A DNA stretch of 62,992 nucleotides, the filler included, from Octopus bimaculoides (taxonomy: Eukaryota): NCBI RefSeq assembly GCF_001194135.2. It is 3 parts of 3 records of this genome, joined end to end, with 100 filler letters (N's around TTAATTAATTAA, not from the genome) between each part and the next. Parts side by side here need not be neighbours in the genome. Positions count along the whole stretch, not along the records: positions 1 to 27,860 come from NC_068981.1; 2 more parts are not named here. One strand, given 5' to 3'. The notes below the pieces were generated by a model. The model was not told the DNA's origin. It saw only the letters and a list, made by a program, of their open reading frames with translations, and searched no databases. A program made the translations under genes and the position numbers. This document shows positions 13,791-27,686 of this stretch, one piece after another; positions within the stretch are counted from its first letter, which is position 1; the number at the start of each line of letters is the position of its first letter.

Positions 13791-14152
13791 CTGCCATCAC
13801 TTAGACGCAATTATGTAATTTAACAATATGGCTGACGGGAAATACCTTGGAGAAGCGTTCTGCATATTAAATAAACATGCTGTAGGATCTCATATGTGCA
13901 ACATAATGAGTCGAAAAACTGCAATTAATTGACGTTGTCTACGCAAATAGAGGACAAGAACTCTCTCCAGAGTGTTAAAAAAAAAAACAAGGAAGAGAGG
14001 CAACTCCAATAATATCTCGAAAATACAAACTATGCAGATGAGAGTGAATCTAGTCTATAAAGTCAACCGATGAAAACAAAGGATGTGCTATGATGTTCTC
14101 AGTTGACATTTGTCCCCTCTGTGTGCAGCCCTGTGTGGCTAATAAAAGAAAG

Positions 14153-14203
<51 letters not shown>

Positions 14204-14669
14204 CACACCAACACACACATATATACGACAGACTTCTTTCAGTTTCCGNNNNNNNNNNNNNNNNNNNNNNNNNNNNNNNNNNNNNNNNNNNNNNNNNNNN
14301 NNNNNNNNNNNNNNNNNNNNNNNNNNNNNNNNNNNNNNNNNNNNNNNNNNNNNNNNNNNNNNNNNNNNNNNNNNNNNNNNNNNNNNNNNNNNNNNNNNNN
14401 NNNNNNNNNNNNNNNNNNNNNNNNNNNNNNNNNNNNNNNNNNNNNNNNNNNNNNNNNNNNNNNNNNNNNNNNNNNNNNNNNNNNNNNNNNNNNNNNNNNN
14501 NNNNNNNNNNNNNNNNNNNNNNNNNNNNNNNNNNNNNNNNNNNNNNNNNNNNNNNNNNNNNNNNNNNNNNNNNNNNNNNNNNNNNNNNNNNNNNNNNNNN
14601 NNNNNNNNNNNNNNNNNNNNNNNNNNNNNNNNNNNNNNNNNNNNNNNNNNNNNNNNNNNNNCTAACGAT

Positions 14670-14810
14670 TCTTATTTCTTTATTGCCCACAAGGGGCTAA
14701 ACATAGAGGGGAGAAACAAGGACAAAGGGATTAAGTCGATTACATCGACCCCATTGCGTAACTGGTACTTAATTTATCGACCCCGAAAGGATGAAAGGCA
14801 AAGTCGGTTC
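14670..14810 (-). mobile_element. SINE family 2, 3' part
   Basis: Near-identical to the copies at 46285-46499 and 60273-60508 (aagtcgattacatcgacccc...actggtacttaatttatcgacccc). Confidence 0.85.
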
Positions 14811-15711
14811 GAACACCTCACGTCGAAAAGTTGGTCGGTTGCGATGCCTGTCCTAAGCGCCTCATCTAACTTCTAAATCTCTCTCTATTCTGTTTCGTCC
14901 TATCGCTAATGCTTTGCTAAACCTAATTGATTCTACTCTAATCGCCCTCTTGAGAACAAACGACCAGTTGTTGACGATTGCCCAGTCAACGCCCGCTTAA
15001 CTAATTCGCTAATCCAGTCTCTGTAAGCTTGACATGCCGGTAATACCGTGTTCAGCCTCCAGTAACAGGGACCCTATCTATGAAGCCTATCTTCATATGT
15101 GATCACTATGTCGCGCACATATGGTTATGCATGTGCCTGGTGTACCCTTATCAGACGGGTAGTAAAGATGAGCATATTGGGCTTCGTATACTTGTACTCA
15201 AGTGTCACTTTGATGGCATGCGCTTCTCCCTCACTCAATATATATACAGTCGTAATATATATNNNNNNNNNNNNNNNNNNNNNNNNNNNNNNNNNNNNNN
15301 NNNNNNNNNNNNNNNNNNNNNNNNNNNNNNNNNNNNNNNNNNNNNNNNNNNNNNNNNNNNNNNNNNNNNNNNNNNNNNNNNNNNNNNNNNNNNNNNNNNN
15401 NNNNNNNNNNNNNNNNNNNNNNNNNNNNNNNNNNNNNNNNNNNNNNNNNNNNNNNNNNNNNNNNNNNNNNNTATATATATATATGTATATATATATATAT
15501 GCATATGTACATATATACACATATCTATATATGTATGTATGCATATTGTTGTATTTCGGGTGGTCATTTTTTTGCCAAATAAACACACGTACTACATATT
15601 CGTTTTTCACTCATTTATTACTGCTCTTATTTTTACTCAAGTCCATTGTCCGGAAATAAGAACAGTAATAAACTAGCGAAGAACGAATATGTAGTGCATG
15701 TGTCTATTTGA

Positions 15712-15755
<44 letters not shown>

Positions 15756-15858
15756 CATCCCGAAATGCAACAATATCTGTTTCAACGCACGGTTTCACAT
15801 CAGGAATGTTGCAACACAAATTCGTAAACGTAAAAATTCGTATGTATGTATGTATGTG

Positions 15859-15890
<32 letters not shown>

Positions 15891-16347
15891 TGTATGTATG
15901 TATGTATGTATGTGTGTGTGTATACATGTGTATATACATGTGCGTATATATATATATATGTACATACATATATATATGTATATGTATGTACGTATGTATA
16001 TATGTATGTATGTGTGTATGTGTATGTGTGTGTGTGTGTGTTTTGTGTGTGTGTATTATTGTTAACTTATATTTCACCAAAGACCTATTTAAACACTTTA
16101 AACATAGTTGAGTGTGATGGAACAAAGCAAAGCCTTTGCCGAGCTTTACTAGGCTTTTGATTCCAATTTTCCAGATATTGAGTCATCCCATAAATAATGC
16201 GGTTTTTCAATTGCACGAACTAAAAGTCGGTGGGGTACAGGATAAAGTACCTGTATTAATTTGCTATAAAAGCAGGCAGCAATTTTACCTCTAGTGCAAG
16301 ATTCGAAGAGTGCAGTTCGATTTTAACAGTTATTTTTCAAAGCTATA

Positions 16348-17605
16348 ATGGAAGTTACAAAGGAGTCTATTTGGCATATTTTGCTTTGTGAGTTCAATGA
16401 AGGCAACATAAATAATAAATGCGCCCTTTTAAAGCCTAGCCAGGCTCATGGGCCCGGTTTCCCGGTTTCAATGGCGTATGTGTTCCCCAGCTGGACAGGA
16501 CGCCAGTCCATCGCAGCGTTACTCAGTTTTGCCAGCTGAGTGGACTGGAGCAACGTGAAATGAGGTGTTTTGCTCAAAGAACACAACGCGTCACCCGGTC
16601 CAGGAATCGAAACCACAACCATACGATCATGATGCTGACACACTAAGCCACGCGCCTCCACAATGAAGGCAGCAAAGCAACAGAAAGTGCGAGGAATATT
16701 AATGCAGTATATGGGGATCGGACAATAAGTGTAAGCCAGTGTCAACGGTGGTTCCAGAAATTCCGAACCGGAAACTACAGCCTAGAAGACGATCCTCATC
16801 CTGGAAGATCTGTAGAACTCGACAGTGATGTCCTGCAAGCCCTAGTGGAACAAAATCCCATCGATACTGTTAAGGAACTAGCAGAGAAGCTTAGATTTGG
16901 CCATTCAACCATTCATCGACACCTGCGTACCATCGGAAAAGTTAGCAAATTGGGTCAATGGGTTCCTCACAAACTTTCAAAGTCTAATCGCGTGCAGAGA
17001 GTGAGTGTGTGTTCTTCTTTATTGCCGCATCCCACAAATGAACCTTTTTAGACCGAATAGTGACTGGTGACGAGAAATGGGTAGGGAAAGGAGAAATACC
17101 GGCACCCCAGGCTAAATAAGGTCTTCATCCACGTAGGGTGTTGTTATCTGTTTAGTGGGATATAAAAGGTTAAGTCCACTCTAATCTTTTAAACCCAAAC
17201 CAAACGATAACAAAGGAGATCTACTGTGAGCAGCTTGAGCGGCTTAAGTCAGCGCTAGAAGAAAAACGACCATCTTTGATTTCAAGTCGAAAGGTGTTCT
17301 TCCACCAGGATAATGCTCGGCCACATAGACCGAGGATGACATTCCAAAGGCTGGAGCAGTTTGAATGGGAAACGATGTCCCATCCACCATATTCGCCGGA
17401 CATTGCCCCATTTGATTATTATTTATTCTGCAGTCTTCAAAATCATTTAGACGGAAAAAATATGAATTCTGTAGACGAGGTCAGAACAGTACTGGAGGAG
17501 TATTTTTCATCACGGACAACTGAATTTTGGAAGAGGGGCCTTGTAAATCTACCAAATATATAGACGATCATTGTGGAAAATGAAGGAGAGTATATTTTAG
17601 ATTAA
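16348..17605 (+). pseudogene. Mariner transposase pseudogene
   Basis: Peptides MEVTKESIWHILL, QCQRWFQKFRTGNYSLED, WVPHKL, TGDEKW, HQDNARPH and YSPDIAPFDYYLF. Carries stops, a deletion after DEKW and a SINE insertion. Confidence 0.92.
16409..16660 (-). mobile_element. tRNA-derived SINE inserted in the mariner ORF, with a 14-bp TSD
   Basis: Head TGGAGGCGCGTGGCTTAGTG...GTTTCGATTCC. TSD CAATGAAGGCAACA (16395-16408) / CAATGAAGGCAGCA (16661-16674). Confidence 0.9.
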
Positions 17606-18839
17606 AAAAGAATTTTGTTTATCTTAATTTTGAAAAGTATGAAAAAGATCTCATTATTTATGGGATGACCCAATACTTATATCTCCTCTTCATGAACCAG
17701 AATAAAAGTATAAATGTCACAGTTTTGTTCCCTTCTCTTCGAATGTTGATACGTAATCGAAGAAATGCTCCACATTTATATAGCGCTATTACGGCGTTAC
17801 GTTATAGTTTCACTGCTACATTCATATCATTATATTGATGTAGCTGAGAGTGAATCGACTGGGTTAGGCTGAGTTGCCCTATAGAGACAAAATAAAGATG
17901 GGGAGGGAAATAAGAACTGCTCCTAGGAACCAGTCACCTACAAAACAAAGAAAATAATAACAACAAAAAAAAAATCTGATTCTTAACTGGCGAGTGGTTT
18001 CCGGGGTCACGTGTTTAACTCTTGTTTTAAAAGCATTAAACAGTTGAGATAAATATCCCTCCACATAAAATGTCGGATTGTCGCAGGTAACCGTTCCCAT
18101 ATGACTTGCTGTCTATTACTGATAGCTAGGTGAACTGATTTATTATTCTAAGAACTGTCGCACGGGGAGAGCATATATGTGATGCGTTAAACGAGAGATG
18201 GACTGATTGATGCACAATAACCATCACACACCACCTGCAATCAGAGCTAGTGCCTGGATAACTAAGCTTCGCCGATCGAAACGATTGGGAACTTGTGGAC
18301 CCCATGGCTGAGAATAAAAGTCTTTTCTATTATGACTTTCTGTGCGAACATTCGTTTGTCTGAAAATATAAATTTATCATAGTTTATTCATTCACATTAA
18401 GTTTAGGTCTCTGATCACTCCATATTTATTCTTACAATTATCTTAACACTAGTAATATATATTACATTCTTACTCATAACAAACAAATTTTCTTCACTAA
18501 TAATTACTGAAAGAAAAAAGATCGAAACAATTTCAACAATTATTCCTTGAATTATTTTATTCCTTGCTAGTCTGGATTGATACTGTGTGGATGTTTCTAT
18601 TGTAGAATAGAAGGAATTGAATTCATCTCTGGAAGCTATAGCTTCGGTTCAACCAAAACTGTGTGATTGAATTTTGGTTGATGGACACTGTCTTTTGACA
18701 CTTGGATACCTTCAGTAGAGTCCATTCTGTTGGACTTAACAAACCGTTGGTTGTCCAGTGTAAACAAATCAACTTTGGTTGTCATGCGGAGGGGTGGTGG
18801 AATATAAATAAAATCATAAAGACACACGTATATACAACA

Positions 18840-18975
18840 GGTTTCCATGCAGTTTCCATCGATCAAATTTGCGTACAAAACATTAGCCAGCCCGGGCAGT
18901 AGTAGAAGATACTTACCTAAATGCGGTACAGTGGGCCCGAACCCGAAACCACATGGCTGCAAAGTGAGATTCTTC
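18840..18975 (-). mobile_element. Degenerate SINE family 1 5' fragment
   Basis: Reverse complement resembles the 2569-2710 head (accacatgg, ctactac..cccgggc, gatggaaactg). Confidence 0.55.
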
Positions 18976-19497
18976 GACAACTAACGAGCGAGTTATCTTC
19001 TTTTGGTATTCTGTCCTGTACTTATCTCCCGGGTTTTTGCGTATTTTTCACTCGTTGGTGATGTCCTGTACTTAATGTGTATTATATATATATATATATA
19101 TATNNNNNNNNNNNNNNNNNNNNNNNNNNNNNNNNNNNNNNNNNNNNNNNNNNNNNNNNNNNNNNNNNNNNNNNNNNNNNNNNNNNNNNNNNNNNNNNNN
19201 NNNNNNNNNNNNNNNNNNNNNNNNNNNNNNNNNNNNNNNNNNNNNNNNNNNNNNNNNNNNNNNNNNNNNNNNNNNNNNNNNNNNNNNNNNNNNNNNNNNN
19301 NNNNNNNNNNNNNNNNNNNNNNNNNNNNNNNNNNNNNNNNNNNNNNNNNNNNNNNNNNNNNNNNNNNNNNNNNNNNNNNNNNNNNNNNNNNNNNNNNNNN
19401 NNNNNNNNNNNNNNNNNNNNNNNNNNNNNNNNNNNNNNNNNNNNNNNNNNNNNNNNNNNNNNNNNNNNNNNNNNNNNNNNNNNNNNNNNNNNNNNNN

Positions 19498-19532
<35 letters not shown>

Positions 19533-20145
19533 GTATACATAATGTATTTTTATAAGTATATATATATATATTGATATATATTGATATATATAATAATATA
19601 AATATATGTATATATATATGTATATGCATATATGCATATGTATATATATGTATATATGTATATATGCACATACGTATGTATGTATGTATGTATGTATATA
19701 CATGTATACATACACACATGCACGCACATACATATGTGTTTGTGTATGCGCTCACGTATGTTCGTACGTTGGTAACATATATGTGGACATACAATATACA
19801 CCTACAAACACACATATTCACGCGCGCACACATACATGCAGACAGCTATATTAAGAACTACGGCTTTGCACGTAGTCGCGCGCACTTTCCTCCTATCCCT
19901 GTCGCTCAGAAAATGTTTTGGGTGTGTTTGGAGACAAATGGCAGTGTTCGATAGAACCGATAGAACTGTTTGTAAATTTGAAGTATCGAAGCTAAATTAA
20001 AAAAAAAAAAAAGAAAAAAAAAGAAAAAGAAAAAAACCCCCAAAATTCAGAGGCGGAGCAACGAACTCGATCTGCAATATGTCGATTGGGTTAACTTTTA
20101 ACAAACAAGACAGATCAGTGAAGGTTCACGTTATGCGACTCAGAA

Positions 20146-20147
<2 letters not shown>

Positions 20148-20208
<61 letters not shown>

Positions 20209-20225
20209 CAACAACAACAACAACA

Positions 20226-20272
<47 letters not shown>
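20148..20272. repeat. (AAT)n/(AAC)n microsatellite
   Basis: Direct reading. Confidence 0.95.
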
Positions 20273-20273
<1 letters not shown>

Positions 20274-21353
20274 TCAATTTGTATTCAATGTGATAAAATG
20301 CAAGTTTGCATACTGATGTGGAAAGCTGAACTTAATTAAGAGCCCTTGAGATTTGAACTTAACATAAAAATCTACTCTTCTTTCTCATTAAAAACAACAA
20401 TAATAGCAACGTAAACTTATAATAATAAAAAAAAAAACCCCACCTCGGAACACAAAGAAAACCAACTATAGAAACAACAGCCATCATAAGCAATGCCAAC
20501 CGCCAAAACCTAAACAGAGTAGCCCTACCACCACCACCTTACTAAAAAACAACTCCTTCACCCATCACCTTCTTCATAATAACTCTTGTATAAGTGATGA
20601 GTGTGACGATGCATTAAAAGACAGTTGGATAGCAATGGAGGGATAGGTAGATAGACATAGGCTAGATATATATGGACATACATGCATATACGTACGTACG
20701 TACATATATACGTAAGTACATACGTATATACATTCATACATACATACATACATACATATATACATATATAAATATATACATATATTTCTGTGTAGTGTGT
20801 GTAAATGTGTATGTGTAAGCATATATCATATGTATGTATATATATATNNNNNNNNNNNNNNNNNNNNNNNNNNNNNNNNNNNNNNNNNNNNNNNNNNNNN
20901 NNNNNNNNNNNNNNNNNNNNNNNNNNNNNNNNNNNNNNNNNNNNNNNNNNNNNNNNNNNNNNNNNNNNNNNNNNNNNNNNNNNNNNNNNNNNNNNNNNNN
21001 NNNNNNNNNNNNNNNNNNNNNNNNNNNNNNNNNNNNNNNNNNNNNNNNNNNNNNNNNNNNNNNNNNNNNNNNNNNNNNNNNNNNNNNNNNNNNNNNNNNN
21101 NNNNNNNNNNNNNNNNNNNNNNNNNNNNNNNNNNNNNNNNNNNNNNNNNNNNNNNNNNNNNNNNNNNNNNNNNNNNNNNNNNNNNNNNNNNNNNNNNNNN
21201 NNNNNNNNNNNNNNNNNNNNNNNNNNNNNNNNNNNNNNNNNNNNNNNNNNNNNNNNNNNNNNNNNNNNNNNNNGAGAGAGAGAGAGAGAGAGAGAGAGAA
21301 GGAGAGAAAGAAGTAGAGAGAGAATGAAAGTATGTGCGCGCAAGTACGGATGT

Positions 21354-21384
<31 letters not shown>

Positions 21385-21574
21385 ACACACGGAGAATACT
21401 TTATAAGAGACTGGTCGAATTTTTAATTTCATCTAAACAAATCCCAACAGTTATTTTTTTCTGGTGTTATTTGGTTTTCTCTCGGGGGAACTGCTTCGAG
21501 GTTATATCATGGAAAGGCTATAGGCGATAGCAAAATAGAATATTCTTTAGGAAAAAAAAGAAGGAGGGTGGGGA

Positions 21575-21791
21575 GGAATAGTAGTAGCAGTAGCAGTAGT
21601 AGTAGTAGAAGTAGCAGCAGCGGCGGCGGCTGTGGTGGTGGTGGTGGTGGTGTTAGTAGTTGTAAGCAAAAGCGGTGGAAAAATAATGACTATAATGATA
21701 ATAATAGTGACAATAATGATGTTGATAACAATAATGATGTTGATAACGACAACGAAAATAACAAATAAAAATAATACCGATGATAATAATG

Positions 21792-21822
<31 letters not shown>

Positions 21823-22260
21823 TAATGGTAATAATAACAGTGATGATAATAATATGAAAAGGATAGAGTAATAAACATCAAAGAATTCTAAAAGAATAAC
21901 AACAAAAGGGGGAAAATAAGCACCAGAAACATTGACAGAGACACTAATAGTAAGAAGAAGAAGAACAACAACAACAACCGAATAAGAGTTGAAATGTGAA
22001 CAGCAGCAACGGTTGCAGCAGCAGCAGTATAATGTCTGCAATGGTATGGTATATGGTAACTGCTGTTAAGTTTACAACAGCAGCATCAACAGAAGCTGCA
22101 ATAGCAGCTAAGAACGACATCAGCAATAACTGTAGGCATAATACCAAGACAAGCAACAACAAGTAAAGGTATACATATACGAACATACACATACATACAT
22201 ACATACATACATACATACATACATACATACATACGTACATGCATACATGCATTCACACAC
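21575..22260. repeat. Low-complexity trinucleotide mosaic (AGT, AGC, GGT, AAT, GAT) plus (TACA)n
   Basis: Direct reading. It explains the poly-S/G/N ORFs in the track. Confidence 0.85.
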
Positions 22261-22824
22261 ACATGTTTGCATCTATGTGCAGTTGCAGTAGTAGCTGCAT
22301 TTACAGAAACAGCAAGACATATAATAAATAAAACTACGTNNNNNNNNNNNNNNNNNNNNNNNNNNNNNNNNNNNNNNNNNNNNNNNNNNNNNNNNNNNNN
22401 NNNNNNNNNNNNNNNNNNNNNNNNNNNNNNNNNNNNNNNNNNNNNNNNNNNNNNNNNNNNNNNNNNNNNNNNNNNNNNNNNNNNNNNNNNNNNNNNNNNN
22501 NNNNNNNNNNNNNNNNNNNNNNNNNNNNNNNNNNNNNNNNNNNNNNNNNNNNNNNNNNNNNNNNNNNNNNNNNNNNNNNNNNNNNNNNNNNNNNNNNNNN
22601 NNNNNNNNNNNNNNNNNNNNNNNNNNNNNNNNNNNNNNNNNNNNNNNNNNNNNNNNNNNNNNNNNNNNNNNNNNNNNNNNNNNNNNNNNNNNNNNNNNNN
22701 NNNNNNNNNNNNNNNNNNNNNNNNNNNNNNNNNNNNNNNNNNNNNNNNNNNNNNNNNNNNNNNNNNNNNNCATCGTCGTCGTCATCGTCGTCATCCCCCT
22801 TCTCCACTTCCTCCTCCTCCACCT

Positions 22825-22872
<48 letters not shown>

Positions 22873-23389
22873 AGCAACAATATTGGACACCCCCAAATAA
22901 CTCTGGCAACACCATCTCGGTTCTATTTGAAATAACAACTAAATTCCAACAAACAACACCTTATTTATTGGAATTTTGTTTGTTTTTAAAGGAAAGGATT
23001 ATTGCATATTGTAGTCCTAGACATGAAATAGCCATAGAAAAGTCATGATCAGAGCTGACCTCAGATTAAACATAATCATCATCATCATCGTCAGTAACAA
23101 TAGCTACATCAACATCAATAACTCTAAGACAACTAATTCTAGCATGTTGTATACTGTTAACAGTATATATACTTTCTTTGTAATTTTCATTCCTCCTCTT
23201 TTCCTTTCTTCAATCTTGACAAAGAATAGCTGTTCCAAATGCCATTTCGTTTTTCTTTTCTTTCTTTTTCTTCCACTGAATAATTTATATAACTTTGTAT
23301 TCTCGTTATGTTTTGCTTTGTTTGTTTTTGCTGGATATTAATTATCGCGTTAGCACAGACTAAAATTGCATTAGAGTCGAGTTTATTGG

Positions 23390-25400
23390 CTAGCTGGCAG
23401 AATCGTTAGAGCTTCGGAAAAATGCTTTTCTGTATCTCTACCGGCTGTTTTGAGTTCGAATCACACCGTGGTCAACTTTGCTTTTTATCCTTTTGGGATC
23501 ACTAAAATAAAATACTAGTCAAGTACGGATGGGTTGGATACCATCGACTATCTCCATCTCCTCAAATCTGCTGGCATTGTGCCGAAATCGGAAAACCATT
23601 ATTTTATAGTATTTTCAACAATATGAAGCTATACTGTGCTATAGATTATACCTTTACATTTTTAACATTTACTGTATGAATAGACAAATATAAATACCAT
23701 GTTTTTATATGCAATATCTTTGTGGACAAAAAAAAAAAAAGGAGGAAAGAGGGTTATTGGATTAGTTTAAAGCCTGTGTTGAGATTTCATTGGCAATTGA
23801 GTACAATATGTTTTACTATTGCTATATACCTAAGGCAGTAGCAAGGCAGAATCGTTAGCACGTCGAACAAAATAATTGGCGACATTTCGCCCGTCTTTAC
23901 GTTATGAGTTCAAATTCCGCCGAGGTTGACTTTGTCTTCGGGGTCAATAAAGTAAAGTACCAGCCAAGTAATGAACTTCCCCCTCCCTTAAAAAACCTGT
24001 GCAAAAATTTGAAACCATTATTGCTGTGGTGCTTATCCGGGGTCTATATGATCCTTGGAGGTCCATATAGGATTTTGTGGGGACTCACGCTTGCAAAATA
24101 GCAAATTGGAAATCCACAGGATTATTTTAAGTATCCATGTAAAGTTTTGATTTAGATGTTTTTATTGCAAGAAAAAGCCAGGTTTCTTTCTGTAATGTTT
24201 TACACAGTTCAACCTACGCAAGTAAATACGCGAATAACAAAATAGGAATTTTGAAAGAAGTATTTATAAAGCTAGTTTTTAAACACCGAATGGCTATGGG
24301 GTCCACCAGAATAAAATAGTAATCAAAGGAATCCATAGATATAAAATGGTCGAGAACCACTGCATTATTGCTTTATTGCCTTTCTCCATAGCAACTGATG
24401 AAATTCCAAGATAGGATTGGAACAAATACGGCTGACTCTTCTTTTACCGTCCATTAACACACCGTATCTAAAGACACAGTGTTTTTCCTCTGTCTATACA
24501 CAGAATGTTGTAAGGCGGCAGGCTTGCAGAATCGTTACTACTCCGGTAAAAACTGCTTTGCGGTATTTCTTCCGACATTACGTTCAAATACCACTGGGGT
24601 TGACTTTGCCTTTTGGGTTCGTTAAAATAAGTACCAGTTGAACATTGGGGTCGATTTACCTCCTTCCCCGAACTTGCTGGCCTTGTGCCAAAATTTGAAA
24701 CCTATCAATAGAGTTTTGGCTAACCCACTTCTCAAAACTGTGGGTAAATTCCCATTGAAGCAAAAGACTGTTAACATATCAGCAACGATATCAAAAGTTA
24801 TCATTACCTTACCACAACAACAACAATAATGGTCAAATATTTTGGTACAAGGCCTGCGATTTTAGGGGATGGGATAAGTCGATTACATCAACCCCAGTGC
24901 TCAATTGGTACTTAGCAAAAGGCCAGCAATTTTAGTGGGAGGGTGTAGTCGATTATACCGGCCCAGTACTTTATTTTATCGACCCGAAAGGATAAAAAGC
25001 AAAGTTGATCACAGTGGGATTTGAACTCAGAAAGTGATGAGTCGGAAGAACGTCGCTAAGCATTTTGTCCGACACACTAACGATTCTGCTAGCTCCCGCC
25101 TTGATAATTATAATAATTTAGAAATGGAAATACAATTCTTTTATTTGCAACCGGGATATTTCGTAAGGGGTACATAACAACAATAACATACACTATTATT
25201 TTCCGACAAAATTGTTTGACAAAATGCTTAGCGGTATTTCGCCTGACTCATTAAGTTCTGAGTTCAAATACCGCAGAGATTGACTTCAACTTTCATCCTT
25301 CGAGGTCGATAAAATAACTACCAGTTAAGTTGAAGTAATCGACTAGCCCCCGTCCCTTAAAATCTCAGGCTTTGTGCCTATTGTAGAAAGGACTATTATT
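23390..25400. mobile_element. Cluster of at least six SINE family 2 copies in both orientations
   Basis: Recurrent gcagaatcgttag...aaatgcttagcggtatttcg...ttctgagttcaaat...tttcatcctt..gggtcgataaa..aagtaccag at about 23395, 23836, 24515, 24835(-), 24915(-) and 25215. Confidence 0.85.
24024..24362. mobile_element. hAT-type MITE with a perfect 8-bp TSD
   Basis: Ends CTGTGGTGCTTATCC / GGTCGAGAACCACTG (degenerate CAGTGGTTCTCAACC TIR). CATTATTG flanks both sides (24016-24023 and 24363-24370). Confidence 0.9.
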
Positions 25401-25444
25401 ATAATTATTAAGGCGGCGAGCTATTCAGAACCATTAGCATTAAC

Positions 25445-25650
25445 CAATGGTTCTCAACCAGGGTCCATGTAAGATTTTGTTGTTAAAATTTCTGCGCAAT
25501 AAATTGGTTATAATTCTACAACACACAAAATATTCTAACATTTTTTTCATACAATTCCTAATAATATTTAATTATAAAAATATAATAGGCTTTTTAAAAT
25601 GTTGAATGGCTATCAGTGATTACCCAAGTAAAATGGGAATCAAAGTAACT
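25445..25650 (+). mobile_element. Partial second copy of the hAT MITE
   Basis: CAATGGTTCTCAACCAGGGTCC start. The internal gaatggctat...taaaat.g.aatcaaag is shared with 24024-24362. Confidence 0.7.
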
Positions 25651-25866
25651 CATTTACTTTTATTCCTTTACTTGTTTCAGCGGCCATGCTGGAGTACCAC
25701 CTTTAGTCGAACAAATCGACCCCAGGACTTTTTCTTTGTTAGCCTAGTACTTATTCTATCGTTCTCTTTTTGCTGAACCGCTAATTGACGGGGACGTAAA
25801 CACACCAACATCAGTTGTCAAGTGATGGTGGAGGGACAAACACAGACACAAATAACAAACACATAC

Positions 25867-25923
<57 letters not shown>

Positions 25924-25947
25924 NNNNNNNNNNTAACAAACACATAC

Positions 25948-25999
<52 letters not shown>

Positions 26000-26121
26000 G
26001 ACGGGCTTCTTTCAGTTTCCGTCTCCCAAATCCACTCACAAGACTTTGGTCGGTCCGAGGCTATAGTAGAAGACACCTGCCTAAGGTGCCTTGCAGTGGT
26101 AAGCTTCTTACCACACAGCCA
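25650..26121 (-). mobile_element. SINE family 1 with expanded internal microsatellite and small gap
   Basis: Reverse complement of the 2569-2960 family. Head ends at ttaccacacagcc. Confidence 0.85.
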
Positions 26122-26184
26122 TTCCTGTGAAAAACGGTTGTGAATCACTGGCATAAACAACTAGTACCAGTACAGTATTATTTA

Positions 26185-26632
26185 TTGTTGTTGTTGTTGT
26201 TGGCACTCCGTCGCTTACGACGTCGAGGGTTCCAGTTGATCCGATCAACGGAACAGCCTGCTCGTGAAATTAACGTGCANNNNNNNNNNTTGATCCGATC
26301 AACGGAACAGCCTGCTCGTGAAATTAACGTGCAAGTGGCTGAGCACTCCACAGACAAGTGTACCCTTAACGTACTTCTCGGGGATATTCAACGCGACACA
26401 GTGTAACAAAGCTGGCCCTTTGAATTACAGGTACAACAGAAACAGGAAGTAAGAGTGAGAGAAAGTTGTGGTGGAAGAGTACAGCAGGGTTCGCCACCAT
26501 CCCCTACCGGAGCCTCGTGGAGGTTTAGGTGTTTTCACTCAATAAACACTCACAACGCCCGGTCTGGGAATCGAAACCGCGATCCTATGACCGCGAGTCC
26601 GTTACCCTAACCACTGGGCCATTGCGCCTCCA
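26185..26632 (-). mobile_element. tRNA-derived SINE family 3 with (AAC)n tail
   Basis: Head GTGGAGGCGCAATGGCCCAGTGGTTAGGG...GGTTTCGATTCCCAGACC. A degenerate plus-strand copy lies at about 43290-43660. Confidence 0.85.
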
Positions 26633-26980
26633 CAGTGTTATTTATACACATTAGCAAACAGCAACAACTTCAGTAATAAAAACAATAGCGATAGCAGCAA
26701 CAACAACAACGATAACGATAATAATAATAAAACCATAAGAAAACAGTTGAAACCAGAACTTTATGTAATCAAAAACGTCAACTGTATCTGAACATCCTCT
26801 GTTGCCTCCTCCTCATTGTCCACAACACAAGCAACAATAATGATAACCGACATCCTCTGCTTTCTCTTCTTTCTCTTCTTTCTCCTTATTCTTCTCTTCC
26901 TCATTATCCTTATCACAAAGAACAACAATAACAACATCAACGACGACACACGGGCATAAAAAGGTATAAGAAACAAGACA

Positions 26981-26996
26981 TTTTTCCATTTTTTCC

Positions 26997-27057
<61 letters not shown>

Positions 27058-27080
27058 TTTCCATTTTTTCCTGTTATTAA

Positions 27081-27118
<38 letters not shown>

Positions 27119-27196
27119 TTCTTATTATTTTTCCATTTTTTCCTGTTATTATTATTATTATTATTATTATTTTTCCATTTTTTTCCTGTTATTCTT

Positions 27197-27227
<31 letters not shown>

Positions 27228-27315
27228 TTCTTATTATTATTTTTCCATTTTTTCCTGTTATTATTATTATTATTATTATTATTCTTATTATTCTTATTAT
27301 TTTTCCATTTTTTCC

Positions 27316-27358
<43 letters not shown>

Positions 27359-27400
27359 TTTCCATTTTTTCCTGTTCTTCTTCTTCTTCTTCTTCTTCTT

Positions 27401-27485
<85 letters not shown>

Positions 27486-27558
27486 TTATTATTATTATTT
27501 TTCCATTTTTTCCTGTTATTATTATTATTATTCTTATTATTATTTTTCCATTTTTTCC

Positions 27559-27600
<42 letters not shown>

Positions 27601-27646
27601 TTTTCCATTTTTTCCTGTTACTATTATTTTTCTGTTTTCCTGTTGC

Positions 27647-27686
<40 letters not shown>

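Larger units (their letters stand above)
16178..17673 (+). mobile_element. Full-length mariner (DD34D) transposon with TIRs and TA TSD, interrupted by a SINE
   Basis: Left TIR TTGAGTCATCCCATAAATAATG (16178) and right TIR reverse complement TTGGGTCATCCCATAAATAATG (ends 17673). TA at 16176-77 and 17674-75. Confidence 0.95.

Noticed and set aside
14810-15240. GC-richer unique-looking segment as a possible exon
   Set aside because: All frames contain stops or give unrecognisable peptides. It lies between a SINE and a gap and is probably an unclassified repeat.
26238-26333. Direct duplication of ~43 bp across a 10-N gap (similar case at 25852-25990)
   Set aside because: This looks like an unmerged contig overlap, not a biological duplication.
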